Assembly: GCA_963785725.1 (NCBI GenBank)
Contig: CAWAWS010000016.1
Coordinates: forward strand, 288,001-352,000
Origin: an uncultured delta proteobacterium
GTDB taxonomy: Bacteria; Myxococcota_A; Polyangia; Palsa-1104
Length of the DNA: 64,000 nt
Direction: 5' to 3'
Below, piece by piece: positions 38,237 through 49,954 of the stretch. Position numbers and translations under genes: made by a program. Position 1 is the first letter of the stretch. Each line of letters opens with the position of its first letter. The notes under the pieces were generated by a model. It worked only from the letters and a program-made list of their open reading frames with translations, was not told the origin of the DNA and did no database searches.

Positions 38237-39943
38237 ATGATGCCCGCTAACGACGCGCTGTTCCTCGGCGGCAAGCGGCAAAAGACGGCGCGCCGCTGGT
38301 TTTACCGCGGTGGCTTGGCCGCCGTCGCCGCCCTGTTCGTCGTCTTGATGATGTATCTCGTGTTCTTGCGCATGACGCGCATCGAGCCGCCCAAGGTCGA
38401 TGCCGCGGTGCGTGAGGCGGCCGAGAAGCCGCTCACCGTGCAGGGAGCGCGCGCATATGTAGGCGACAGCTGGCTCGGTCGCGAGCGCGGCATCTGGGAA
38501 GCGCACTTGAACGGCGAGCCCTATCAGCTCGGCTGGGCGCAAGGTCGGCTCGGCAATCGGCTGTTCCTCGAGACCGAGGACTACATGTTCGGCGAGATGG
38601 CGCGCTATGTGCCGTCGAAGGTCGCGCTGTGGCTGATTCGCGTCTACGCGCGCATGCAATATCGCCACGTCGGCGACCTCTTGCCGCCCGAGCGCGCCGA
38701 GGAGATCGCGGGTCTGGCTCGCGGCGTCGACGATCTGCACGGCGATTTTCTGCCGATCTACCACCGCCTCGTCTTCTATCACGCGCTGCACGACATCACG
38801 CAGGGGCTCGAGCATTCGCCGCTGCTCGGCTGCTCGGCGTTCGCGGCCTCGGGCGCGGCGTCGACGAACGGCCACCTCATCATCGGCCGCAACTTCGACT
38901 TCGAAGGCCCCGAGATCTTCGATCGCGAGAAGGCGATCTTGTTCTTCAAGCCGCGCGGCAAGATTCCGTTCGCGTCGGTCGCGTGGCTCGGCATGTCGGG
39001 CGTCATCACCGGCCTCAACGCCGAGGGCATTTACATCAGCATCAACGCCGCGCGCAGCGACGACAAAGGCGGCGAAGGCATGCCGGTCGAGATCCTCGTG
39101 CGCGAAATCCTCGAGCAGGCGCACTCGATCGACGAAGTGATCGCGCTCGTGAAGAAGACGCCGGTGATGGTGCCCGACTTCTACTTGGTCGGCGACGGCA
39201 AGACCGGCGAATCGGCGGTGCTCGAGCGGACGCCGCGGCGGCTGGAGGTGCGCCGCTCCAATCGCGCCGACGGCACCATCGTGCTCACCAATCATGCGCT
39301 GTCGCCGACGTTCGCCGCCGACGCCGAGAACGATCGGTTGAAGCGCTACATGACGTCGGGCGCGCGCTACAAGCGGATGGAGGAGCTGGTCAAGCATTGG
39401 CGCGGCCAGATCGATCCGAAAAAGACGCTCGAGATCCTGCGCGACAAGAAGGCGGCCGGCGGCGCCGAGCTCGGCCTCGGCAATCGCAACGCGCTCGACG
39501 CCATCATCGCCACGCACTCGGTCGTCGTCGACGCCACCGCGCTGACGATTTGGGTGTCGAGCGGACCGCACTTGACCGGGCGCTACATCGGCTTCGACCT
39601 GAAGCGCGAGCTCGGCGGGCAGAGCGAGCGCCCGCAGCCGGCCGACTTGCCCGACGATCCGGTGGCGCAATCGGACGACTTTCACGGCTATACGCTGGCG
39701 CAGGCCGAGCTGAAGGCGGCCGATCGGCTGCGCAAGCTCGATCCCGATCGCGCGCTGGAAGAGGCGCGCCGCGCCGAAGGCTTGGAAGAGAAGCTGCCCG
39801 AGCCGCACCGCTTCATCGGCGATCTCTTGCGCGCGGCCGGCGATCGCGACGGCGCGCGCAAGGAGTATCAGCGCTTCCTCGAGCTGTCGCCGCCGTATCT
39901 GAAGGACATCGAGCAGGTCAAAGGCATCCTGGATACGCTGTAA
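38237..39943 (+). CDS. Peptidase C45 / Ntn-hydrolase (acyl-CoA:6-APA acyltransferase-like) with C-terminal TPR-like helices
   Basis: HDI...LGCSAFAA (nucleophile Cys), IIGRNFDF, G.N.EG, TNH, THSVV. Confidence 0.88.
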   Translation: MMPANDALFLGGKRQKTARRWFYRGGLAAVAALFVVLMMYLVFLRMTRIEPPKVDAAVREAAEKPLTVQGARAYVGDSWLGRERGIWEAHLNGEPYQLGWAQGRLGNRLFLETEDYMFGEMARYVPSKVALWLIRVYARMQYRHVGDLLPPERAEEIAGLARGVDDLHGDFLPIYHRLVFYHALHDITQGLEHSPLLGCSAFAASGAASTNGHLIIGRNFDFEGPEIFDREKAILFFKPRGKIPFASVAWLGMSGVITGLNAEGIYISINAARSDDKGGEGMPVEILVREILEQAHSIDEVIALVKKTPVMVPDFYLVGDGKTGESAVLERTPRRLEVRRSNRADGTIVLTNHALSPTFAADAENDRLKRYMTSGARYKRMEELVKHWRGQIDPKKTLEILRDKKAAGGAELGLGNRNALDAIIATHSVVVDATALTIWVSSGPHLTGRYIGFDLKRELGGQSERPQPADLPDDPVAQSDDFHGYTLAQAELKAADRLRKLDPDRALEEARRAEGLEEKLPEPHRFIGDLLRAAGDRDGARKEYQRFLELSPPYLKDIEQVKGILDTL

Positions 39944-39973
39944 AGCCGGCTCCGCGCGGCCGGTCAGGCGCGC

Positions 39974-40020
39974 TTGACAGGGCGCGGCGCCGACCGATAC
40001 TGAAGCAAATGCTTCAGTAT
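39974..40020 (+). promoter_or_regulatory. Sigma70 promoter (TTGACA-N16-GATACT) with overlapping perfect 11-2-11 palindromic operator
   Basis: ATACTGAAGCA-AA-TGCTTCAGTAT at 39997-40020 covers the -10 and the arsR start codon. Confidence 0.75.
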
Positions 40021-40332
40021 TCGGCGCTCCTCGACGGCGTCTTTCACGCGCTGTCCGATCCCAGCCGGCGGCTCATGCTCGAGCGGCTGACGCGCGGTCC
40101 GGCGTCGCTGACCGAGCTCGGCCAGCCGCTGGCGATGTCGCTGTCGGCGGTGGCGCAGCACCTCAAGGTGCTGCAAGCGTGCGGGCTCGTGCGCTCGGAG
40201 AAGCGCGGGCGCGAGCGGCTCTGTCACGTCGAGCACAAGGCGCTCGATGTGGCCGAGAGTTGGCTCGGCAAGCGCCGCGCGCGCAGCGAACGGCCGCCCG
40301 AGCCGGCGACGCGCGTGAAGAAGAGCCGCTGA
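40009..40332 (+). CDS. ArsR/SmtB-family transcriptional regulator
   Basis: VFHALSDPSRR..L..L, S...V.QHLKVL...GLV.SEK.GR.R. Confidence 0.9.
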   Translation: MLQYSALLDGVFHALSDPSRRLMLERLTRGPASLTELGQPLAMSLSAVAQHLKVLQACGLVRSEKRGRERLCHVEHKALDVAESWLGKRRARSERPPEPATRVKKSR

Positions 40333-40347
40333 TTCGCGGGTCGGACG

Positions 40348-41838
<1,491 letters not shown>

Positions 41839-41842
<4 letters not shown>

Positions 41843-43161
41843 TCGTCGGCCTCGTTCAGCAGCTCTTCGGCCAGATCGATGCGCATGCCGAAGTTGTAAC
41901 CGGCCAGCGCCCCCGATTTGGCGACATTGTCGACGTAGCCGCCGGTATTGACCGCGACCACGTGGCCGGCGGCATTGAAGATGGGGCTGCCCGATGTGCC
42001 GCCCGACGTGAACGCGGAATGCTGGATGAGCCGCGCCGCCGCGACGGTGCCGGTCTGCCCGTCGAGCGTCGTGACGCGGCCGACGACGCCCTGCACGAAC
42101 GTCGCTTCGGGCGCGCTCGGATCGGCGAGGCGACCGGGAAAGCCGTAGGTGAAGATGGAATCGCCGGTCGCCAGCGCGGAATATTCGGCGGCGGTCGCCA
42201 GCGTCGCGTGCGTCGCCAACGTGCCGTCGACTTGCAGCCAGCCGACGTCGGGCGTGATGCCGGCGCCGCCGGGCACGAAGGCGCTCGTGCGCCGCATGCG
42301 CTCGACCGGCAGCGACGACTGGCCGTGGCCGTTCTGCACGACGACGATGTGGCCGCCGCGCCGGCGCAGCTCCTCGGCGGCGACGACGCAGTGGGCGTTG
42401 GTGACGAGGCGCGTGTCGGTGACGGCGAAGGCGCTGCAAAAGCCGTCCACTTGGCCGCCCGGCGCGCGCGTGGCCAAGAGGAAGATGTCGTCGTGGTTGG
42501 CGCGCGCGACGTCGGTGCCGTTGACGGCGACGCGGCCGAGCTCGTCGGTGAGCGCGTCGAGCCGCTTCTGGAGCGCCAGCCGATCGGCGGCCGACGCCGC
42601 GCGCTCGAGCTCCATGACGTGCACCATCTGCTGCCGCAACGCCGCTTCCGACGGCGGCCGCAGCTGGCGATAGGCCATGACGACGCCGCCCAAGCTCACC
42701 AGCAGCAGCATCGACATCGCCAGCAGCAACAGGCGCAGTTGGCGCGGCTCACGACGGGCTTTGGCGAGCGCGTCCTCGATCATGAGCGCCACCGTGCGCT
42801 GGCCGACGCGCTTGCCCTGCGGTCGCGTGGCGGCCGGAATGTCGTGGCGCGGCGTCTCGTACTGCACGCGGACGCGCGGCCCGCCGGCGCCGAACTCGAT
42901 CTCGGCGCCCGGCGGCACGGCGGCCTTGGCGACCGCTTGTCCTTGCAGCCGCGTGCCGTTGGCCGAGCCGAGATCGAACACCCACAACAGATCGCCGTCG
43001 CGGCGCAGCTCGGCGTGACGGCCGGACGCGTCGCGATCGCGCTCGGCGTCGAAGGCGACGTCGTTGTCGGGCGCGCGTCCGAAGCGGATGGGTCGAGCGG
43101 AGTCGAGCGTCAGCCGCTGGCCCGCACGCGCACCGGCGACGATGTCGACCACCACCTTCAC
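41839..43161 (-). CDS. FHA domain + TM + trypsin-like serine protease
   Basis: FHA motifs FGR...SGRHA...DLGSANGT; protease triad TNAHCV, PDVG, GTSGSP. Confidence 0.88.
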
Positions 43162-44753
43162 CGCGGCGCCGACTCCGTGAAGCTGACTTCGCAGACCGCG
43201 TTGGGCAGGACGTCGAGCGTGCGTTCGGCGAGCGTCAGGCCTCCCGAGCGCAGGCCGATCGTGTGATGACCGGGCATCAGGCGCAGCTCGACGGCGCGGT
43301 CGCCGATGCGCGCGCCCGAATCGCGTCCGTCGGTGAGCACGATCGATCCCGGCAGCTTGGGCGCGGCGATGGCGCAGTGCACGCCGTGACGATAGAGCGC
43401 GGCGCCGGTGACGATGCTGCCCAAGATGAGCCCGACGACGACCGCCATCGACATCAGCTCGGCCGTCGGCTTGCGCGGCTCGGTCAGCCGCTGCACGCGA
43501 TGCTCCAGCGTCGGCAGCGCGGTCGGCGTGCCGTAATCGTCGGAGTCGTTGAGGTTGACCGGCTGCTCGGGCGCGTCGGGATCGATGCGCCAATGGCCGA
43601 ACTGGATGAGATCGTCGTCGCCGACGCCGGCGATGCCGGTGCCGTCGACGTGGGCGACGATGACGGTGATGTTGTCGGGGCCGCCGGCGCCGTTGGCCAT
43701 CTCGATCAAGATGCGCGCGGCCTCGTCGGGATCCTCGATCGCGCCCATGACGGCGGCGATCTCCTCGTCGCTGACGACGCCGACGAGGCCGTCCGAGCAC
43801 AAGAGCAGGCGATCGCCGCGGCGCAGGTCGACCTTCGACAGCTGCACCTCGACCTCTTCCTGCACGCCCAGCGCTTGCAAGATGACGTTCGAGTGCTCGA
43901 AGAACTTGGCCTGCTCGACGGTAATTTGTCCCGTCTCCAGCAGCTGATTGACGAGCGATTGATCGCGCGTGACCTGCGTGAACGCGCCTTGCCGCCACAC
44001 GTAAGCGCGGCTGTCACCGACCTGCGCGATGAGCGCCCAGTTGCGCCACAGCTGCACGGCGGTCATGGTCGTGCCCATGCCGCTGCGCGTGAGGTTCTCG
44101 CGCGCCTCGCGGAAGATGCGCGCGTTGGCCTCGCGCGCCGCGCCGCGCAGCTTGCGCGCGTGGCGCGTCTTGTCGTCGTCGACGGTGCCTTCGGGCGCGG
44201 CGATCATGGCCGCGTCGCACATCGTCTGCACGAGCGCTTCGATGGCCATGCCCGACGCCACTTCGCCGGCGGCCGCGCCGCCCATGCCGTCGCAGACGAC
44301 GAGCAAGGTGCCGCGCTCGCCCAAGTCGTGCTGCACGAGCGGCTCGATCTCGCGCTGACCGTCGTCGAGCCGCACGATGACGAAGCTGTCCTCGTTGTGC
44401 TCGCGGATGAGCCCGACGTCGGTGCGACCCATCAGGCGCACGGACGTCGGCCCGCCCTCGACCGCGTCCAGCTTCCGCGCCGGCGTGGCCACGGCCTCTG
44501 CCTTTTCCGCCGCGTCGACTTTGTCCGGCTCTTTTTCCGCGGCCGCTTCGACTTTGTCCGCCGGCTCTTTGTCTTCGTGCGCGGACGCCGCTTCGACTTT
44601 GTCCGCCGGCTCTTTGTCTTCGTGCGTGGGCGCGGCTTCGACTTTGTCCGCCGCCGCGTCGTCGGCGACGTCGTCGTCGTGCGGCGCGGGCTTCAAGGCC
44701 GCCTCGCCGGGCGCCGCCGAGCCTTCCGTCTTTGCTTCTTCGGGACCGGCCAC
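43158..44753 (-). CDS. PP2C-type (Stp1/PrpC-like) Ser/Thr phosphatase with C-terminal TM helix
   Basis: TDVG..R..NED, VCDGMGG, MGTT, VGDSRAY, CSDGL, GG.DNIT. Confidence 0.93.
   Translation of the reverse strand: MAGPEEAKTEGSAAPGEAALKPAPHDDDVADDAAADKVEAAPTHEDKEPADKVEAASAHEDKEPADKVEAAAEKEPDKVDAAEKAEAVATPARKLDAVEGGPTSVRLMGRTDVGLIREHNEDSFVIVRLDDGQREIEPLVQHDLGERGTLLVVCDGMGGAAAGEVASGMAIEALVQTMCDAAMIAAPEGTVDDDKTRHARKLRGAAREANARIFREARENLTRSGMGTTMTAVQLWRNWALIAQVGDSRAYVWRQGAFTQVTRDQSLVNQLLETGQITVEQAKFFEHSNVILQALGVQEEVEVQLSKVDLRRGDRLLLCSDGLVGVVSDEEIAAVMGAIEDPDEAARILIEMANGAGGPDNITVIVAHVDGTGIAGVGDDDLIQFGHWRIDPDAPEQPVNLNDSDDYGTPTALPTLEHRVQRLTEPRKPTAELMSMAVVVGLILGSIVTGAALYRHGVHCAIAAPKLPGSIVLTDGRDSGARIGDRAVELRLMPGHHTIGLRSGGLTLAERTLDVLPNAVCEVSFTESAPR
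44545..44652. repeat. 45-bp tandem repeat (about 2.4 copies) in the phosphatase N-terminus
   Basis: gcttcgactttgtccgcc at 44545, 44590 and 44635; encodes ADKVEAA..HEDKEP. Confidence 0.8.
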
Positions 44754-44754
44754 G

Positions 44755-46239
44755 TTATGGCTCGTACCGCAGCAGCTGATCGCCGACGCGCAAGAGATCG
44801 CCCGCTTTCAGCTCGCGATCGCCGCGCACGCGCACGAACGTGCCGTTGGACGAGCCCAGATCCTCGAGCCGTGCCTTGTTGCCCACGCGCTTGACCGCGG
44901 CGTGGCGGCGCGACATGAACTCGTCGTCGGGAAACGTCACGTCGCCCTCCTCGCGGCCGAGCACCAGCTCGGGCCTCGTCAGATGCCAGACATCTCGTGC
45001 CGTTCCCGCGATCGTCAGCTGCCGCAAGCGTCCCCAGGCTTCGCGCGGCACCGAGCCGAAGATGCGCACGCCGTGCTCCACCAGCGACGGCGGATCGCGC
45101 TCCTCCAAGGCCAGCGGCTCGTAGCGCAGCAGCTCTTTGCCGACGAGGAAGGAGTCGCCGGGCAAGAGCTCGCACGTCGTCACGCGCACGAACACGCCGT
45201 TGACGCCGTCGAGCGGCCGCAAGATCGGCTTGCCGCCCTGCCACAAGATGCGCGCGTGGCGAGCGGCCAAGTAGGGATCTTCGGCGAAGTTGAGGCTGCC
45301 TTCGGTGCGGCCGATGTCGAAGGCGTCGCCGGTCATCTCCACGGCGCGCCCGTCGCTGCCGTCGCGATTGACGGCGATGAGCGTGCCGTGCGACGGCGTC
45401 GTGGCCGGCATGTCGGGGTCGGTCGTCGTCGGCAGCGCGGTCGGGCGCTGGTCGGTCGACGGCGACGGCGACGCGGCGCGCAGCAGCTCGAGGTTGGCCG
45501 GCGTCGGCGCCATCGTCTGCGCGAAGGCTTCGTTGCCGCCACCGGCGCCGTTGCCGCGGCTCGGCGTCGCCACGCGCGCGGCCGTGATGCCCGACGGCTG
45601 CGGCGCCGAGCGCGGCATGCCCGCCGGCGGCGTCGGCGTGACGACTCCGACGGTGTTGGCGACGCCCATCGTGTTGACGCCCATCGGCTGCGCCGCCACC
45701 GACGCGACCGGCTGCGCCGCGACGCCGCCCGATCCCGACGCCGACAGCGGCGACGGCGCGTTGCGCGCCGACGGCGCCGCCGCGCCCGGCGACGACGACA
45801 AGCGCTGTCCGCAGTGCTGACAAAAGGCGAAGCCGACCGGCGTGCCCTTGCCGCAGGCGGGACAGATCGCCTTCGGCGCCGACGGCTGCGACGCGGCCGG
45901 CGCCACCGCCTGCGGAATCGGCGCGGCGACCACGACCGGCGGCGCGACGACCGGCGGCGCGACGACCGGCGCGACCGACGTGTCGACGGCCATCGTCGCC
46001 GCGCTACCGAGCGACGCGGGCCCAGGCACGGCCACAGCCTTGGACGCGAGCGAAGTGCCGCACATCTTGCAGAAATTCATGCCCGGCGGGTTTTGCGTCC
46101 CGCACGCGCTGCAAGTGGTCCCCGCGGCGGCGGCGGCCGGTTTGGGCGCTGCCGCCGCCGGCTCCAGCCGATGGCCGCAGTCCTGGCAGAACAGCGAGCC
46201 TTCCCGGTTGACCTTCCCACAATGGGTGCAACGTGGCAT
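44755..46239 (-). CDS. Protein with three double-CxxC zinc ribbons and two FHA domains
   Basis: CTHC..FCQDC, CSAC..FCKMC, CPAC..FCQHC; IGR...ARHA...NGVF and LGR...SRRHA...SSNGTF. Confidence 0.9.
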   Translation of the reverse strand: MPRCTHCGKVNREGSLFCQDCGHRLEPAAAAPKPAAAAAGTTCSACGTQNPPGMNFCKMCGTSLASKAVAVPGPASLGSAATMAVDTSVAPVVAPPVVAPPVVVAAPIPQAVAPAASQPSAPKAICPACGKGTPVGFAFCQHCGQRLSSSPGAAAPSARNAPSPLSASGSGGVAAQPVASVAAQPMGVNTMGVANTVGVVTPTPPAGMPRSAPQPSGITAARVATPSRGNGAGGGNEAFAQTMAPTPANLELLRAASPSPSTDQRPTALPTTTDPDMPATTPSHGTLIAVNRDGSDGRAVEMTGDAFDIGRTEGSLNFAEDPYLAARHARILWQGGKPILRPLDGVNGVFVRVTTCELLPGDSFLVGKELLRYEPLALEERDPPSLVEHGVRIFGSVPREAWGRLRQLTIAGTARDVWHLTRPELVLGREEGDVTFPDDEFMSRRHAAVKRVGNKARLEDLGSSNGTFVRVRGDRELKAGDLLRVGDQLLRYEP

Positions 46240-46330
46240 CTCGCGCGTGACCTCGGGAGTCCAAAGGGAGATTCAGGTTTACGGCCCCCGCTACTCTGTA
46301 CTAAACAACGGAGCCGCTTCTTCTCAGATC

Positions 46331-47530
46331 ATGAAAGTATCAAGACGCAAAGACCAGATCAAGCCGACGACCTTCCTTATATGGATGGTCTTGGCCGGCT
46401 GTGCCCCCGTCGTGGCTCAGGCCCCCTTCAGCCATCGCAGCGACACGGTCGAGCCCGGCGACCTTCTCGGCGCCTTCGACGGCCGTGTCGTCGACTCGCT
46501 GAGCGGCAAACCCTTGGCCGGCGCCATCGTCCAGGCCGACTGGGCGTTCGAGGTCGGTCGCGGGCTCATCGGCCCTGCCGGCGGCGTGTCGACGACCGTC
46601 GCCACCGACGCCGACGGCCACTACTTCATCGAGCGCCTCGACCACGCGCCGGTGCACGCCCGCGTCGCCAGCGTCGTCGTCGTCGTCTACCAGCGCGGCT
46701 ACGTCGCCTATCGCAGCGACCGCGTCTTCGACGGCTCGCGCACCCGCACCGACTTCTGCCAGCACAACAACGTCGCCAAGCTCGACCGCTGGAACCCGGG
46801 GCTGTCGCACGTCAAGCACGTCCGCTTCGTCGGCGGCGCGGGCGCCATCAAGCGCGCGCTCGGCTCGGAGCTGGTGGAGGCGAGCCTCGAGCTGACATCG
46901 GGCCCGGTGCAGCAGATCGCGCCCGCCGCCGAATCGACCCGGCCGCTCGACGCCACGGTGCTGCTCAGCGCCGACGAGCTCAAGGCGGTCACCGGCTACA
47001 AAGGCAACTTCACCGTCGACAAGCTGGGCGACCTACCGACGACGCCGACTTATGACAGCCGACACTTCCGCGCCGCCGAGAAGGCCGAGACGTTCGATCT
47101 GGCCCTGCGCGTCTGGAAGCTGTCGCCGATCTCGGCGCAGGCGCGCTACGACAAGCTGCTCAAGGACATCCCGCACGCGCAAGCCAAGGACGAGGTGGCC
47201 GACTCGTCGCTGCGCGGCTATGACGGGCGCATCATCGCCGTCGCCGCCATCGATAATACGCGCGGCGTCGTCGTCGAGCTGACCTGCGGCCTCGACCAGT
47301 GCCGCGACGCCGATCAGGCGACGGCGCTGCTCAAGCGCATCATGACGCGCGCCGATCGGCTCGGGCAGCAGGCGCCGAAGCCTGTCGAGCAGGCGCCGCC
47401 GCAAGAAGCGGAGCCGAAGCCGGAGACGCCGGTGGAAGCCACGCCGGAAGGTGAAAAGCCGACGGAGCCAAAGCCGGCCGAAGAAGAAAATCCGTTCAAA
47501 CTGCGTCAGCCGGAGCTCAAGCAGCGATGA
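46331..47530 (+). CDS. Lipoprotein with a carboxypeptidase-regulatory-like domain
   Basis: Lipobox VLAGC; GRVVDS.SGKPL.GA...TDADGHY; Pro/Glu-rich tail. Confidence 0.7.
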   Translation: MKVSRRKDQIKPTTFLIWMVLAGCAPVVAQAPFSHRSDTVEPGDLLGAFDGRVVDSLSGKPLAGAIVQADWAFEVGRGLIGPAGGVSTTVATDADGHYFIERLDHAPVHARVASVVVVVYQRGYVAYRSDRVFDGSRTRTDFCQHNNVAKLDRWNPGLSHVKHVRFVGGAGAIKRALGSELVEASLELTSGPVQQIAPAAESTRPLDATVLLSADELKAVTGYKGNFTVDKLGDLPTTPTYDSRHFRAAEKAETFDLALRVWKLSPISAQARYDKLLKDIPHAQAKDEVADSSLRGYDGRIIAVAAIDNTRGVVVELTCGLDQCRDADQATALLKRIMTRADRLGQQAPKPVEQAPPQEAEPKPETPVEATPEGEKPTEPKPAEEENPFKLRQPELKQR

Positions 47531-48873
47531 AGCGCGCTCTTTGCCTCGCGTTCGTCCTCGTGGCCGCCGCGGCGCCGGCGGCGCGCGCGTATCACGCCAC
47601 GACGCACGCCGGGATGACCGAGCGCGCGGCGCTGGCGTCGTCGCTGCACAAGCGGCTCATCGAGCGTTACGGACGCGCGCTCGGGCTGTACGAGCCGTTG
47701 ACGCTGGAGGAGCCGCGCACGAAGCAGCAGCGTGAGCTCGCGCGCCAGCTGCAGCTGCTCGACCCCGAAGGCGGCTACCTGCCCGATCGCGGCCGCTTGA
47801 CGGCGATCGGCTGGCTGACGGCGGGCGCGGCGTTGGAAGCCGTGCCGGCGGCGCGCCTGCGCAACCACTTCTACGATCCGTCGCGCAATCGCGGGCTCGA
47901 TCAGGTCGGCGACGCGCTGCGCACCCGCATCGACGCCGCCACGACCGGTGTCGGCACCGTGCGCGGCATCTTCACCGGCGAGAGCTTCGACGGCTCGGGC
48001 ATGGCCGCGCCCGATTGGCTGCGCGCCAACGAGAACGAATGGGGCCTGCGCCGCTTTGCCGACGAGCTCGAGCGCTCGATCGCGGCGCCGACGGCGGCCG
48101 AGCGCGACGGCGCGTTGGCAGAGGCGCTGTTGGCCGCGGGCGCGATGCTGCACGTCATCGAGGACGCCGGCGATCCGACGTTCGTGCGCGACGATTATCG
48201 CGTGGCGCTCGAGGCCGACGCCGGTCCGTACGAGCGCTTCGTGGCGCTGGAATATGGTCGCCTGGGCGTGCCCGAAGCGGAGGGGCCGACGATCGTCGTG
48301 CCGTCGCTGTTGGCGCTCTTTCACGACGGCAACGGTAACGGCTTGGCCGATCGCACGCAGATGCGCTTCTTCTCGCCGGGCACGCTGCCCGACAGCGGTC
48401 GTTACGGCTTGCCGCAGGCGTTCGCCGCGGCGGGAACCAGCGGCTACGTCGCCGGGGCCGTGCCGCATTTGGCCAAATATCGCCGCACGAAAGAGGGCGT
48501 CGCCTGGACGCTCGACGAGCGCTGCTGGGCCGATTACGCCGCGACGCTCGTGCCGGAGACGACGCGTTACGCCGCCGGCGCGCTCGAGCTGCTCTTCCGC
48601 GGCCGCATCGAGATCGCCAGCAGCAACGGCATGGCGACGCTGCGCGTGCACGATGTCGCGCTCGGCGGCGGCCGGCTCAGCATCTACGCCGACATCGCCG
48701 GCGGGCCGCGACAGCTCGTGTCGACGCAAGACGTGACCGGCGCCGGCGACGGCGACAAGCTGCGCGACCTGACGCTGCCGGCGGGCGCGCGTCGGCTCGG
48801 CGCCGTCTTCCGCGGCGTCGACGCGCACGGCGAGCCGCTCGTGATCGCGCAAGACACGCTGCTGCCGCGATAA
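47527..48873 (+). CDS. Secreted protein, possibly phospholipase C/P1 nuclease-like fold
   Basis: Signal peptide ARA-YHATTH; RNHFYDP; HVIED.GDP; YE. Confidence 0.5.
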   Translation: MKRALCLAFVLVAAAAPAARAYHATTHAGMTERAALASSLHKRLIERYGRALGLYEPLTLEEPRTKQQRELARQLQLLDPEGGYLPDRGRLTAIGWLTAGAALEAVPAARLRNHFYDPSRNRGLDQVGDALRTRIDAATTGVGTVRGIFTGESFDGSGMAAPDWLRANENEWGLRRFADELERSIAAPTAAERDGALAEALLAAGAMLHVIEDAGDPTFVRDDYRVALEADAGPYERFVALEYGRLGVPEAEGPTIVVPSLLALFHDGNGNGLADRTQMRFFSPGTLPDSGRYGLPQAFAAAGTSGYVAGAVPHLAKYRRTKEGVAWTLDERCWADYAATLVPETTRYAAGALELLFRGRIEIASSNGMATLRVHDVALGGGRLSIYADIAGGPRQLVSTQDVTGAGDGDKLRDLTLPAGARRLGAVFRGVDAHGEPLVIAQDTLLPR

Positions 48874-49027
48874 CCCTCGGCGCTATGCCACGCCTGCGCC
48901 GCTCGCCGACGGCGCGCCACCCGCACGACGAGCCATGCGACGCCGATCGCGAATCAGTCGTGATGCCGTTCAGTAGGCGGTTTCACCGACGGGCGTCAGC
49001 GATCGAACCTAGATCAGCGTCGCTGAC

Positions 49028-49951
49028 TTAGATCGTCTTGAGCTTGGCGCGAACGCGGGTCTGACGGAGCAGCTCGGCGCTCGCCGCCGGGTCGACGGCC
49101 GCGGCCAAGCTGGCGCGATTGAAGGCGCCCTCGCTGTCGCCGTCGGCGATGAGCGCGCGCGCTTCGTCGAGCCAGCGCGCGATAATGCCGGCGTCGGCTG
49201 CGACGGCGACGGCTGCTTGCGCCGCGCGCACGTCTTCGTGGCTGCCTTCGGCGGCGGCGCGCGCGGCTTCGGCGGCGCGCTCGGCCCGCGCCGCGCCGTT
49301 CGGCGTCGTGGCCGCGGCGCGCGCGAAGCTGGCCGCGGCCGCGTCGAAGCGCGCCGCCCGCCGCTGCAGCGCGCCCAAGAGCGCCCACGCGTCGCCGGCG
49401 TCTTCGTCGAGCGCGACGGCACGCGCCAACGCCGCCTCCGCCGCCGCGTCTTCGCCTGCGCCGAACGCGCGCTCGGCCGCTTCCAAGTGCCACGCCGCCG
49501 CTTCGGGATCGACCTTCAGCGCCGCCGTGGTCTGCTTGAGCCGCACGCGCTCGTCGATGCCCTCGTCGTCGAACACGTCCTTGAACTCGCCCTCGCGATC
49601 GACGAGCAGGCCTTCGCGCGCCATCACCGCCGTCAGGAACAGCTCCAGCGTCGAGCCGACGATGATCGCCGCGCCGTCGTCGTCACGCGAGCGCAGGCGG
49701 CCGTCGGCGGCGAGCTCGAGCGTGCCCTCGGGCCACTCGCCGACGAGGCGCACGCCGTCGCGGAGGTCGTGCTCGGCGAGCGGCAAGATGATCACGGTGT
49801 CATGGAACAGCCGCACGCCATCCCACGAGCGCAAGAAGTCGGCCAGTCCCGGCGTCAGCGACGGTGGCACGGGCGACAAGGGCGCGCCCAAGTCGTGCAC
49901 ACCGTCGGCGTATTTGCGCAGCTCGACGCGGAAACGATCGAAGAAGGCCAT
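49028..49951 (-). CDS. SMI1/KNR4-like domain + TPR protein
   Basis: P.L.DFLRSWDG..LF ... TLELFL pattern; TPR-like Ala-rich helices. Confidence 0.6.
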   Translation of the reverse strand: MAFFDRFRVELRKYADGVHDLGAPLSPVPPSLTPGLADFLRSWDGVRLFHDTVIILPLAEHDLRDGVRLVGEWPEGTLELAADGRLRSRDDDGAAIIVGSTLELFLTAVMAREGLLVDREGEFKDVFDDEGIDERVRLKQTTAALKVDPEAAAWHLEAAERAFGAGEDAAAEAALARAVALDEDAGDAWALLGALQRRAARFDAAAASFARAAATTPNGAARAERAAEAARAAAEGSHEDVRAAQAAVAVAADAGIIARWLDEARALIADGDSEGAFNRASLAAAVDPAASAELLRQTRVRAKLKTI

Positions 49952-49954
49952 ATC

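Noticed and set aside
48995..49027. 8-bp inverted repeat gtcagcga/tcgctgac between convergent genes
   Set aside because: Short stem, long loop and no T tract; could be chance
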